64,000 bases of DNA, taken from contig CBDUPA010000003.1 of the NCBI GenBank assembly GCA_965368975.1, positions 96,001 to 160,000 of the forward strand. Reading direction: 5' to 3'. Within the stretch, counting starts at the first letter, position 1, and each line of letters starts with the position of its first letter. This document shows, one piece after another, positions 7,290-16,542 of the stretch. The stretch comes from an uncultured bacterium (GTDB lineage Bacteria > Acidobacteriota > Thermoanaerobaculia > Multivoradales > JAHZIX01). The translations under genes were made by a program, and so were the position numbers. A model generated the notes under the pieces. That model made no database searches. It was given only the letters and a program-made list of their open reading frames with translations, and was not told the DNA's origin.

Positions 7290-9647
7290 TCAGGCCAACA
7301 AGGCCGTGAGTTCCGCCTGGGCGGTGTCACGGTAGGCTTGCAGCGTTGTACGCAGTTTCCCGTGTTCCGGCGTCAGCCTGCCGCTGCCGGGGGCATCCTC
7401 GCTCTCTTCGATGTGCGCTAACGCCTCGAGAGCCAGATCGAGCAGTTCGACGCAGCGGTCCGGCGTCAAGGTCTCGAGCGCTTCCTCGGCGGCGCGTTGC
7501 AGGTAGGGAAGGGCTTTGTGCCAGCGTGCACCGCGGAACCAGTGGTACGCCAGCGCCTCGACCGGTGCGCTGCTACCCCGGTTGCCGGGAGTCGGGGAAC
7601 TGCTCAGCTCCAGTGCTTCGGCGACATCCCGGTGCATTACCTGGCGCCGCTCCTCGCTGACGTAGTCGTAAATCGCCTGGCGAAGTGTCGAGTTGAGGAA
7701 TTCGAACGTCTCGTGCGCCTGCGGCCGTGACTCGTCGGGCAGCTCGGTGAAATCGGCTTGGCGGTGCGGCAGGGCGAGCCGCTGCTCGCGCCAGGTTCCG
7801 ATGTTGGCTAGGACCACCTCGATCTGCTCGTCGGCGGCGCGGAGCAACAGCTGCGGGTCGAAGTGTTGACCAGCGATGGCAGCCAGGGTCAGCAAGCGGC
7901 GCGCCGATGTCGGCAGGTTGCGCAAGCGTCGCACCGCAATCTCGCGCAGCAAGGCGTCACGATCCTCGGGTAGCGTCGGCAACGGAGCCACCAGGTGCCA
8001 GCTCCAATCGCCCTTTTTGGCCAGTACGCCTTCCTCGAACAACAGCTGCGTCAGCTCGCCGAGCAGGTTTGGTCGTGCACCGCCGTAGCGCTCGAAGAAG
8101 GCCGCTAGTTCCTGCGGCTTCTTGGCTTTGCCCAGCAGCGAGCTGGCGAAGCTCTCGACGGTGGCGCTGTCGAACGGTTCGAGCTGCGTCCTGTACAGGC
8201 GCCGCTCGGTCTCGAGCCGGCGAGTCAGTCGCTCCTGGTGTGGGTCGTCGCCGGTGGGAGAGCGTGCCGCGAGGAGCCAGACCGGTGCGTCCTCGAGGTG
8301 GTGCACGAGCTGGTACAACACTTCCAAGCTGGTGGCATCGGCCAGGTGGAGGTCGTCGATGAACAGGACGAGTGGACCGCCGTTGTCCTCGACCCAGGCG
8401 CGCGCCAAAGCACGCAGGAAGTCGGCCATGTGCGCAGGGCAGCGCCGCCGCAGTTCCTCGCGAGTGAGGGTACTCGGCGGTGGCAAGTCGGGTCGTAGGT
8501 GCTGGATCTCGGGCAGCATTCGCGTCAGCTCGGTGAGTTGCTCGATGTCCAGGCTGCCGAGTGCGTTCTGCACCCGCATCGGTTGATCGAGCAGCGCTCG
8601 GTGCAGCAACTCAGCGGCCGGTCGGTAGCCGCTGACGTTGGCGAAGGGGGCCCAGCGGCTGCGCAGGACGAGGGGTAGCGGAGGTGACACGATCTCGCGC
8701 AGGATGCGGTCGACCAGTGCTGTCTTGCCGGTGCCGGAATCGCCTTCGAGCAGCACCAAGCAGCCGCTGCGCCGCTGTTGCCACCAGCGCATGAGCTGTC
8801 CGAGCTCTACTTGGCGACCGGAGAAGGGAAGCATGGGACGCTTCGGCGCCCAGCTCTCGATCTCCCAAGTGCGTGCTTCTTCGAGTGGCTTCTGCGCCAG
8901 GATCAGGCGGTAGAGCGAGACGGTGTCCTCGCTCGGCGCGACCCCCAATTCGGCGTCCAACAGCTGGCGGCAGAGGTCGAACTGCTGGATCGCCTCGCCG
9001 CGTTTGCCTGCCAACGAGTAGAGCCGGATCAGGCTGGCGTGCGCCGGCTCGGAAAGCGGCTCGATGTCGATCAGGCGGCGCGCGTAGCGAATGCCCGAGC
9101 TGTACTCGTGGTGCTCCAAGCAGTAGTCGACCAGCGTGCGCAGCGAGTCGCCTGCCGCTTCGCGGTACTTCTCCTGCTCGCCTGCCATCCAATTCTCGAA
9201 CTCGGGCGCGTCGCGCACGGCGAAGCCCTTGAGCAGATCGCCGCGAAAGAGTTCCACAGCTCCTGCGAGGTGGTGGATGCGGTCGGCACCGCGCGCCATT
9301 ATGCCTCGCGAGCGCGTGCGTTCGAAGGCCTCGAGGTCGAGCCAGTACTCGACTTCCGGCGTCATGCGGACGCTCTGCCGAGTCGTCGAAATCGGAGAGG
9401 CCGCGCCGACTTTCTGAAACGCCGCGCGCAGATTGTAGAGCGATTGACGCAGGCTGCGCCGGGCGCTGTCGCCATCGGCGTCTGCCCACAGCAGCCCCAT
9501 CAGGTCGTCGCGGCTGTGTCCGCGATCCCGCAGCACAGTCAGGTAGGCGAACAGGGCGCGTACCTTCTGGGACTCGAAACCTGTGACCGGCTCGCCGCCA
9601 TAACGGACATCGAAGCCGCCGAGCAGGCGGATCTCCAATCGGCTCAT
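7290..9647 (-). CDS. AfsR/SARP-like transcriptional regulator (wHTH-BTAD-AAA ATPase-TPR)
   Basis: IRLLGGF, KVRALFAYL, LMGLLW and SLRQSLYNLR (wHTH). BTAD motifs RGDLL, EPLSE and ELGVAPS. Walker A GDSGTGKT and Walker B LFIDDLH. Start placed at ATG 9647. Confidence 0.9.
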   Translation of the reverse strand: MSRLEIRLLGGFDVRYGGEPVTGFESQKVRALFAYLTVLRDRGHSRDDLMGLLWADADGDSARRSLRQSLYNLRAAFQKVGAASPISTTRQSVRMTPEVEYWLDLEAFERTRSRGIMARGADRIHHLAGAVELFRGDLLKGFAVRDAPEFENWMAGEQEKYREAAGDSLRTLVDYCLEHHEYSSGIRYARRLIDIEPLSEPAHASLIRLYSLAGKRGEAIQQFDLCRQLLDAELGVAPSEDTVSLYRLILAQKPLEEARTWEIESWAPKRPMLPFSGRQVELGQLMRWWQQRRSGCLVLLEGDSGTGKTALVDRILREIVSPPLPLVLRSRWAPFANVSGYRPAAELLHRALLDQPMRVQNALGSLDIEQLTELTRMLPEIQHLRPDLPPPSTLTREELRRRCPAHMADFLRALARAWVEDNGGPLVLFIDDLHLADATSLEVLYQLVHHLEDAPVWLLAARSPTGDDPHQERLTRRLETERRLYRTQLEPFDSATVESFASSLLGKAKKPQELAAFFERYGGARPNLLGELTQLLFEEGVLAKKGDWSWHLVAPLPTLPEDRDALLREIAVRRLRNLPTSARRLLTLAAIAGQHFDPQLLLRAADEQIEVVLANIGTWREQRLALPHRQADFTELPDESRPQAHETFEFLNSTLRQAIYDYVSEERRQVMHRDVAEALELSSSPTPGNRGSSAPVEALAYHWFRGARWHKALPYLQRAAEEALETLTPDRCVELLDLALEALAHIEESEDAPGSGRLTPEHGKLRTTLQAYRDTAQAELTALLA

Positions 9648-9758
9648 GCGAAATCTCCCTGGCGATATGTCGGCATCCCCGGGGGTTGGCGTCCAACGAG
9701 ATGCTGGGAGCATTCCATCACGAACGGCGGGGCGGTTCAATGAAAGTGTTTTCGGTCT

Positions 9759-9779
9759 CCTGATGCTCTCCTGACGAAG
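9759..9779 (+). promoter_or_regulatory. Heptamer direct repeat with 11-bp phase, candidate SARP/BTAD operator 1
   Basis: CCTGATG-CTCT-CCTGACG-AAG. Confidence 0.6.
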
Positions 9780-9950
9780 AATGTGGAAACTCAAGATCGA
9801 TGACAGCGAAAGGACTGCAATCGAGCCTTGCTAAGCAGGTCGAGAACCGCGGTCCGGCAGCATGCTCAGAAGGGTTTGTGTTCTGTTTTTGCAATGCGCA
9901 AGTGGCTATGAGTCCGGAGTTTCGGTCCCAACCTGGCCTCCGGGCGGCCG

Positions 9951-9983
9951 CCTGACGCTTTCCTGACGAAGGCTCTGCAGAAT
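9951..9983 (+). promoter_or_regulatory. Heptamer direct repeat with 11-bp phase plus candidate -10, operator 2 upstream of the surface protein
   Basis: CCTGACG-CTTT-CCTGACG-AAG, with CAGAAT 9 nt after the second heptamer. Confidence 0.65.
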
Positions 9984-10187
9984 CACACTCGCCGCCCTTG
10001 GATGGGCGTTCTTGACAGATAGAAAACCGACTAAAAGCAACAGTCGAATTCCACTGAGATGATTATCATTCACCGTTTCTTCGATGCCATCCGCGATCGC
10101 CGGCCCACGCGCCGGCTGAACGCAGTGCAGAGAGATTCCGTCCGGCGAGCCATCCCAGGTCGTCGGGATTTTGGGGGGAAGTCAGCC

Positions 10188-13100
10188 ATGAGCACAGTGC
10201 AGCACACTTACAACAAGCGCCGGACCGGGGAGTTACTGCTGATCGCGATCAGCCTGACGTTCTTGGGGTTCAGCGCGCCGGCCCAGGCGCAGGTCAATTG
10301 CCTGCCCTCCTGCGACGCCAACGACGGCCGTTTCCTGGCCATCGCTGGCTCCGGCCTCAACACGCTGAGCGACGCCGCCTTCGATATCTCGCTCGCCGTT
10401 CCGGCGGACGCCACCTCGTTCTCCATCGGCTTCTTCGATGGTGATTCGGGCAAAGTCGACGCTGTCACTGGCGCTCGCTACTGGGATACGGGAGTCCTGG
10501 CGACTTTCCGCTACGACATCTACGCTGATCCCGAAGCCGACGGTACGGGCTCTGTGCTGGTGTATAGCGAGCTGAGTGATGTGATGCCGGACAACGGCTG
10601 GCACGATCTGGTTCTGCCGACCGACCCGGCCGCGTTGACGCCAAGTGGTAACTTCTTCTACCGCCTGGAGATTACGCTCTTGGATCCGGCGCTGGTCACT
10701 TCCAACGCCTTCAAGGTTCGCACCAGTGGCGTTGCGACCATCGAGGTCTTCGAGCAGCCCTTCGGATTCATCGCCGCGCTCGCTAGCCTGCAAGATGCGC
10801 AGACCATCTTTCCCAGCTTCCCTTCGATGGTGCCGACGACCTACGATGGCTCGTTCAGCTTCTTCCTCGACGTGCCGGTCAGTCAGTCCGAGCTACTGAT
10901 GTGGGACGGTGATTTGGACTACGGCAGCTACGATGGCGTCACCGCTGATACCAACGATCCAAACACCCCCGATGCGCCGTACCTGCCGCCCTTCGCGGTG
11001 CCGGGCACGGCTTCCGAGGGTGTCGCTGTAGGGAGCGCCGGTAGCACCGGTCAGCCGGCGGACGATCGCAACCCGGCTGGGCTGGGAGGCTACCTGTTGC
11101 GTTCGCCGTCCATCGCATACAACGTGTTTGCTCCCGACGGGGCCATCTATAGCAACAGCAACCCCTCCGGCAACATCGAGTGGGAGAAGTTCCTGATCTC
11201 GACCGCGCCTTTCGATCCCACGGTGAGCGACGCACAGGCGGCGCAGTTGCCTGCTGGAATCTACGAAGTGCGCGCCGAAGGCGTGGACATGGCGAACCTC
11301 AATGCCTGGTTCTTCTCGCGTCCGGTCGTTTGCGTTGGCTCGGACGGAACGCCTTGTGATCCCCTGCGTCCCTACCTGATCGGGGATCGGGTTTGGCTGG
11401 ACGCCAATGGGGATGGCATCCAGGACGTTGGCGAACTCGGTATCGCGGGTGTCGAGCTCGAAATGCTCGACGCGGACGGTTTGCTCGTGCGGACGACCAC
11501 CACGGACGTCAGCGGCGAGTACAGCTTCGGTGTCCTCGGCAACCTCGTGTACACCGTGCGCGTCGCGGCCTCGAACTTCGGCCCCGGCGGTGCGCTGGAA
11601 GACCTCGAAGCGACCACCCTCGACGAGCTGAGCACCTCGGTGACTGACTCCAACGACATGGGGCTCGACTTCGGCTACACCGGCAACGGCTCGATCGGTG
11701 ATCTGGTGTGGTACGACGCCAACGGCGACGGCATCTTCAACGAGGACGCCGGTTCCGGCATCGGCGGCGTCCAGGTGACACTCACCTCGGCTGGTGAAGA
11801 TGGCCTGCTGGGAACCGCTGACGACGTCTTCGTAACTTCGACGACCACTGCCGACGACGGCAGCTACCTGTTCGACGGCCTGTCGCCAGCTAACTACCGT
11901 GTCGAGCTCGACGTCGCGACCCTGCCGACCGGGCAGGTCCTGACCACGAGCGGCTCGGTGGACGTGCTGCTGGCGAGCGGTGACGAGATCACCGACGCCG
12001 ACTTCGGCGCTCGCGTCGCGACCGGCCAGGGCGGCAGCATCGGTGACTTGGTGTGGCTGGACTTTGACGCTGACGGTCTCTTGGATGGTGGCGAGAGTGG
12101 CCTCAACGGTGTTGCCGTTGTACTGGCTCTCGACGTCGATGGTGACGGTGAGGCAGAGCTGACTGCGGCCACGATCACCAGTACGCTGAATGGCCAGGCC
12201 GGTTCGTACCTCTTCGGCGACCTACCCGCTGGCGTCGCGACGGTGACCGTCGACGGTGCCACGCTGCCGGCGGGCGCCATCCAGACGTACGACGCCGACG
12301 GAACCGCGAGCGCCAACAAGGCGACCGCCTCGGTGCCAGACAAGGCGAACGTTCTGACCTTCGACTTCGGCTACCGCGGAACCGCCAGTCTCAACGGTCT
12401 GGTGTGGTACGACGTGGACGCCAACGGCAGCATCGACGCCGGTGAGCCGGGCTTCGAGAACGTCACCGTCGACCTGCTCGACGACAACGGCGAAGTGGTT
12501 GCCTCGACCACGACGGATGGTACCGGAGCCTACAGCTTCGCCAACCTGCTGCCGGGCACCTACACGGTACGGATCGATACCACGACGCTGCCGGACAACG
12601 TCTCCCAGACGTTCGAGCAGGACGGTACCCTGACGGGCACGATCACCGTGTCTTTGGGTATCGGTCAGAGTGCCGGCAACTTGACCTTCGGCTACACCCG
12701 CATCTTCCCGCTGGGCAATAGCTGCATGGGCAGTGCCGAAACCGATGCGTATGGCGGCAGCGGCGGCCACTCTGTGTGGATGCCGGGCATCGCCACGGAC
12801 CTAGTGTTCGAGCCCTTCGCCGGCTCCCTGATCGAGCATGGAGACGGTACCGCGACGCTCAGCGGTGTGGCGCGCAGCGCCGATGACGCAGACAAGGCAT
12901 TCGAGGTCACGGTGACCCTCAGCGACTACCGCCAGACGGCGCCCGCGGGCAGCCCGAAGAAGGAGCTGAGTGCCTCGGCCTACGTCGAGAACGGTGGTCC
13001 GGTCGATCCCTCGACCTGGTACTACTACAACGCCTTCAGCGGTACCTTCGTCGGTGTCGGTGACTGGCAGGGTGCCGTGGTCGAGATCCAGCTGGTCGGT

Positions 13101-14114
13101 GCCGCCTTCCAGGTCGGTGTCGGTGCCAACGGCAAGAATGTCAACGATGGTGCCTCTGCCTGGTTCACCTGGCAGGTCACCCAGCAGCCGGAGCACGGAC
13201 CGTCGCTGAAGACCAGCGGTCAGGGCGACTTCAATCTCGACTTCGTCGGCTGCCTCGGCTTCTGCGAGCGCTCCACCGGCTACTGGCGCAACCACACGGA
13301 CGCCTGGCCCACGTACTCGCTGGAGATCGGCGGCGTCGTCTACGGCTTCGATGACCTCTATGAGTTCGTCACCTACGGCGGGCCCGATGCCACGATGAAG
13401 CTGGCGCGCCAGTTGGTGGGTGCCAAATTGAACCTGGTAGCCGGGGCCGACGCCTCGATCCTGTCAGTCGTCACCGAGGCCGACGTCTTCCTGGCGCAGT
13501 ACCCGCCGGGCAGCAACCCCAAGGGTTCGGCCAAGAACGAAGGCAACGCGATCAAGGATCAGCTGGATGCCTACAACACGGGGGCGACCTGCGAAGGGTT
13601 CTACGAACTCGATCCGGCCGACAATGGCGGCGATGGTGGCTCGGAGACTCCGGGCAGCACCCCCGTCGGTGGCGACCCCGTCGGTGGCGACCCCGTCGGT
13701 GGCGACCCCGTACAGATCGTCCTCGACACCGATGACGAGGGCGTTGAGCTGGTCGGTACCTGGCAGTCGAGCACTCACGTCTCCGGGTACCACGGTGCGC
13801 ACTACCGTCACGACCAGAAGAAGTACAAAGGACACAAGAGCGTCCGCTACACCCCGGACCTGCCGGAAGCCGGTGAGTATCAGGTGTACATGTGGTGGAC
13901 CTCCAACAGCAGCCGTGCCGACAACGTACCGGTCGACATCCACCATGCTGGTGGTACCGCTACGGTGACGGTGAACCAAGAATCGAACGGCGGCGAGTGG
14001 GTTCTGTTGGGTACCTACTCGTTCAACGCGGGCACTGCCGGTAGCGTCGTCATCCGGACGGATGGCACCAACGGCTATGTGGTCGCGGATGCCGTCAAAA
14101 TTTCCAAGCCCTAG
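10188..14114 (+). CDS. Large secreted/surface protein: unknown N-terminal domain, four SdrD-B-like repeats, unknown domain, GYWRNH domain, C-terminal golvesin/xanthan-lyase-CBD-like domain
   Basis: Signal peptide ending AQA-Q. Four (I/L)GD/NG.VW.D...DG repeats with Ca-loop-like acidic motifs at about 11380-12700. TGYWRNH...LARQL.GAKLNL motif. C-terminal YTPDLPEAGEYQVYMWW...GGEWVLLGTYSF...VVADAVK. Confidence 0.85.
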   Translation: MSTVQHTYNKRRTGELLLIAISLTFLGFSAPAQAQVNCLPSCDANDGRFLAIAGSGLNTLSDAAFDISLAVPADATSFSIGFFDGDSGKVDAVTGARYWDTGVLATFRYDIYADPEADGTGSVLVYSELSDVMPDNGWHDLVLPTDPAALTPSGNFFYRLEITLLDPALVTSNAFKVRTSGVATIEVFEQPFGFIAALASLQDAQTIFPSFPSMVPTTYDGSFSFFLDVPVSQSELLMWDGDLDYGSYDGVTADTNDPNTPDAPYLPPFAVPGTASEGVAVGSAGSTGQPADDRNPAGLGGYLLRSPSIAYNVFAPDGAIYSNSNPSGNIEWEKFLISTAPFDPTVSDAQAAQLPAGIYEVRAEGVDMANLNAWFFSRPVVCVGSDGTPCDPLRPYLIGDRVWLDANGDGIQDVGELGIAGVELEMLDADGLLVRTTTTDVSGEYSFGVLGNLVYTVRVAASNFGPGGALEDLEATTLDELSTSVTDSNDMGLDFGYTGNGSIGDLVWYDANGDGIFNEDAGSGIGGVQVTLTSAGEDGLLGTADDVFVTSTTTADDGSYLFDGLSPANYRVELDVATLPTGQVLTTSGSVDVLLASGDEITDADFGARVATGQGGSIGDLVWLDFDADGLLDGGESGLNGVAVVLALDVDGDGEAELTAATITSTLNGQAGSYLFGDLPAGVATVTVDGATLPAGAIQTYDADGTASANKATASVPDKANVLTFDFGYRGTASLNGLVWYDVDANGSIDAGEPGFENVTVDLLDDNGEVVASTTTDGTGAYSFANLLPGTYTVRIDTTTLPDNVSQTFEQDGTLTGTITVSLGIGQSAGNLTFGYTRIFPLGNSCMGSAETDAYGGSGGHSVWMPGIATDLVFEPFAGSLIEHGDGTATLSGVARSADDADKAFEVTVTLSDYRQTAPAGSPKKELSASAYVENGGPVDPSTWYYYNAFSGTFVGVGDWQGAVVEIQLVGAAFQVGVGANGKNVNDGASAWFTWQVTQQPEHGPSLKTSGQGDFNLDFVGCLGFCERSTGYWRNHTDAWPTYSLEIGGVVYGFDDLYEFVTYGGPDATMKLARQLVGAKLNLVAGADASILSVVTEADVFLAQYPPGSNPKGSAKNEGNAIKDQLDAYNTGATCEGFYELDPADNGGDGGSETPGSTPVGGDPVGGDPVGGDPVQIVLDTDDEGVELVGTWQSSTHVSGYHGAHYRHDQKKYKGHKSVRYTPDLPEAGEYQVYMWWTSNSSRADNVPVDIHHAGGTATVTVNQESNGGEWVLLGTYSFNAGTAGSVVIRTDGTNGYVVADAVKISKP
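13659..13711 (+). repeat. 15-bp tandem repeat (ACCCCGTCGGTGGCG, about 3.5 copies) encoding a PVGGD linker
   Basis: Directly visible and in frame within the surface-protein linker. Confidence 0.9.
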
Positions 14115-14126
14115 AGCCTCCCTCCA

Positions 14127-14154
14127 GAGGGCGCGGGGATGTTCCCCGCACCCT
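14127..14154 (+). terminator. GC-rich hairpin after the surface-protein stop codon
   Basis: GAGGGCGCGGGGA-TGT-TCCCCGCACCCTC. No immediate U tract. Confidence 0.5.
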
Positions 14155-14278
14155 CTCAGCTCTGGGATTGGGAACCGTGGCAAAACCCATGGGGCTAGCT
14201 ATCTTCGCCAGGTCGCTGTGGCAAGCAGCGGCCTCTTTTTTGTTTTCAGATCTTTTTTTCTGCCAGAAACAAAGATCC

Positions 14279-14312
14279 CCTGACAAACCCCTGACTCTGT
14301 GGTTTGTACAGT
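14279..14312 (+). promoter_or_regulatory. Heptamer direct repeat with 11-bp phase plus candidate -10, operator 3 upstream of the lasso cyclase
   Basis: CCTGACA-AACC-CCTGACT, then TACAGT at 14307-14312, which ends 8 nt before the ATG. No RBS is visible, so the transcript may be leaderless. Confidence 0.6.
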
Positions 14313-14320
14313 AGTCTTCT

Positions 14321-16228
14321 ATGGGACTCATCTGCTGCATCGCCCACTTCGACGAGCAGCCAGTCAGCGAGCAGATCCTCGCCGACCTACTGGCTGGCGC
14401 ACGGCATCGGACGCCCTACGGTGTCGAGACCCTGCCCGCAGCTGCGGCGTGCCTGGCGGTCGCGACCGTACCCGCGAGCCAGCAGAGCCTAGGAAACGGC
14501 ATCGCGCGCGCAGCGCTGGCTCGCTTCGCAGATGTTTCTCTGTGCGCCGATGTGCGCCTGGATGCGCGCGATGAACTGATCGATCGGATGGCGGGTGCTG
14601 GCCAGGAGATCGACGCTTGTCTCGCCCGTGGGCGAGACGCAGACTTGCTGCTGGCTGCCTGGTTGCGTTGGGGAGAAGACTGCGTCCACCACCTGCTCGG
14701 TGATTTCGCGTTCGTCGTTTGGGACGCTCGTGCCCGGCGACTGTTTGCAGCGCGAGATGTCGCCGGGGTCAAGCCGCTGTGTTTCGCGCTCCTGCCGTCC
14801 GGTGTCACTGTGGCCTCTGAAGCCCAACAACTACTGCGACATCCTGGGGTCCGGCGCGAATTCGACGAGTTGGCGATCGCACTGCATCTGGTCAACCGGG
14901 GCGGCGACGACGAGCGCACCTTCTTCCGCGCGATCCGGCAACTGGTGCCCGGCCACGCTCTCAGCGTCGCGGCTGGAGAACCGCCGCGGACCTGGCGCTA
15001 TTGGCATCCAGAAGACTTGCCGCTGCTGCGCTTCGAGCGCGAGGAAGAGTACGCTCTCCACTTTCGCCAGCAATTCGATCGCGCCGTGTCGGACCGTCTG
15101 CGGGGCGCGGAGGCCGGCGCGGCAGTCCTGATGAGTGGAGGTCTGGACTCGACTTCGGTGGCGGCAGTGGCCAGCCAGCAGTTGGGGGCCGCGCGACTGC
15201 GCGTCTTCAGCTACCGCTTCGACCGCTACCGCCAGTGCGACGAAGGCGAGTACATCGAGGCTATGGCCTCGACCTTTGGCCTCCGCGTCGAGAATCTGGC
15301 GGCAGAGAAGTTTCCGCTCTTCGGTGGTCGCGAGGGTGTTCGGTGTGATCGGGAGACGCCTTTTCGAGGCTGGGAGCCACCACTTCGCTACGTATTGGAG
15401 CAGTTACGAGCCTCGGGAACCCGCATCTTGCTGACGGGCCATGGGGGAGACAACGCACCGCGCGGCAGTGCCCATCTCTATGCCGATCTGCTGTGGCGGC
15501 GCCCGTGGCGTGCTCTTGGCGACATGTGGCGCCATGCTCGTGCTTTTGGGGTCTCTATCGGGCGCCTGCTGCGCGTCTGTGTACTCAGTCCGCTGCTACG
15601 ACGAATGCCGGGAGCCTACTGGTGGCGGCGCCTGAGCGATCGTTTGCCACACTTACCGCCATGGTTGCATCCGGAGCTGGCTCGGCGCACCGAGTTGCAG
15701 CGGCGCTTGTGCGAGTCGTCGCCAGGTCTGGCCGTCAGCGGTGGTTGTGCGCGTCGTCAGATCCTGGGGCTGGTCTTGCCCTGGGGACCGGTGGCCCGTG
15801 CCGTCAGTGCCTACGACCGGATGGCTTGCCGCTTCGGTGTCGAGCCCCGTCATCCCTTCCTCGACCGCCGCGTGGTCGAGGCAGCTGTGCGCTGTCCACC
15901 GGAGCAGCTGTTTCACCAGGGCTGGTTCAAGTCTCTGGTCCGCCGTGCCCTGCCGGAGTTGCCCGCAGCCGTTCGCCAGCGGCACTGGAAAACCAGCTTT
16001 CGCCCCTACCTGAACGCCGCGATGCGGGTCGAAACCTGGATGGGGGAGTTGCTCGACGGTCCGCTGCTCTCCGCGCAGCTCGGATTCATCGAGCCGCAGC
16101 CGTTGCGGTTGGCGATGAAAAGCTTTCTTCAAGGGGCGGTGACACCGATGGATCATCCATCCTTTGCGGTAACTCTCGAGTTGTGGTTGCAACAAATGGC
16201 ACCTGAAAGCGATCACAAATTCTGCTAA
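14321..16228 (+). CDS. Lasso peptide isopeptide-bond-forming cyclase (asparagine synthetase-like)
   Basis: LLGDFAFVVWD, ARD..G.KPL, PP-loop MSGGLDST, LLTGHGGD and EPRHPFLDRRVVE. It lacks the N-terminal catalytic Cys of AsnB (starts MGLIC) and lies next to a lasso precursor. Confidence 0.85.
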   Translation: MGLICCIAHFDEQPVSEQILADLLAGARHRTPYGVETLPAAAACLAVATVPASQQSLGNGIARAALARFADVSLCADVRLDARDELIDRMAGAGQEIDACLARGRDADLLLAAWLRWGEDCVHHLLGDFAFVVWDARARRLFAARDVAGVKPLCFALLPSGVTVASEAQQLLRHPGVRREFDELAIALHLVNRGGDDERTFFRAIRQLVPGHALSVAAGEPPRTWRYWHPEDLPLLRFEREEEYALHFRQQFDRAVSDRLRGAEAGAAVLMSGGLDSTSVAAVASQQLGAARLRVFSYRFDRYRQCDEGEYIEAMASTFGLRVENLAAEKFPLFGGREGVRCDRETPFRGWEPPLRYVLEQLRASGTRILLTGHGGDNAPRGSAHLYADLLWRRPWRALGDMWRHARAFGVSIGRLLRVCVLSPLLRRMPGAYWWRRLSDRLPHLPPWLHPELARRTELQRRLCESSPGLAVSGGCARRQILGLVLPWGPVARAVSAYDRMACRFGVEPRHPFLDRRVVEAAVRCPPEQLFHQGWFKSLVRRALPELPAAVRQRHWKTSFRPYLNAAMRVETWMGELLDGPLLSAQLGFIEPQPLRLAMKSFLQGAVTPMDHPSFAVTLELWLQQMAPESDHKFC

Positions 16229-16336
16229 AGTGTAGCGGTTGCACCATTCAGCTCGAACCGACGACAAGTACTCACGGCCGACTGGTGGAACCATGGAACT
16301 TAACTTCACATCAGGGTTTTTCAGGGAGAGACGAGA

Positions 16337-16522
16337 ATGACTGAGACGAGCGAGGAGAAGCTGGACTTGACGCCGTCCAGGCGTCCCTACCGCTGTCCGC
16401 GATTGATCGAGTACGGCTCTTTGGAGCAGCGGACGCTGGGTTCCATTGCTGCTTTCGACGATGATTTCGTCACCGGGACCAGTGCTCAGATCATCGCGCC
16501 ACCACCGCCACCGGTCGATTGA
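16337..16522 (+). CDS. Lasso peptide precursor
   Basis: Leader YRCPRLIEYGSLEQRTL matches Y-x-x-P-x-L-x3-G-x5-T(-2). Core GSIAAFDDDFVTGTSAQIIAPPPPPVD has Gly1 and Asp at positions 7-9. GGGAGAG RBS. Confidence 0.88.
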   Translation: MTETSEEKLDLTPSRRPYRCPRLIEYGSLEQRTLGSIAAFDDDFVTGTSAQIIAPPPPPVD

Positions 16523-16542
16523 CCTTCTGAGGCTCGCGGACG

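Noticed and set aside
13659-13711. Short direct repeats as a possible CRISPR array
   Set aside because: They are contiguous 15-bp in-frame repeats with no spacers and no cas genes.
14321-16228. Primary-metabolism asparagine synthetase AsnB
   Set aside because: It lacks the N-terminal catalytic Cys and sits beside a lasso precursor and kinase.
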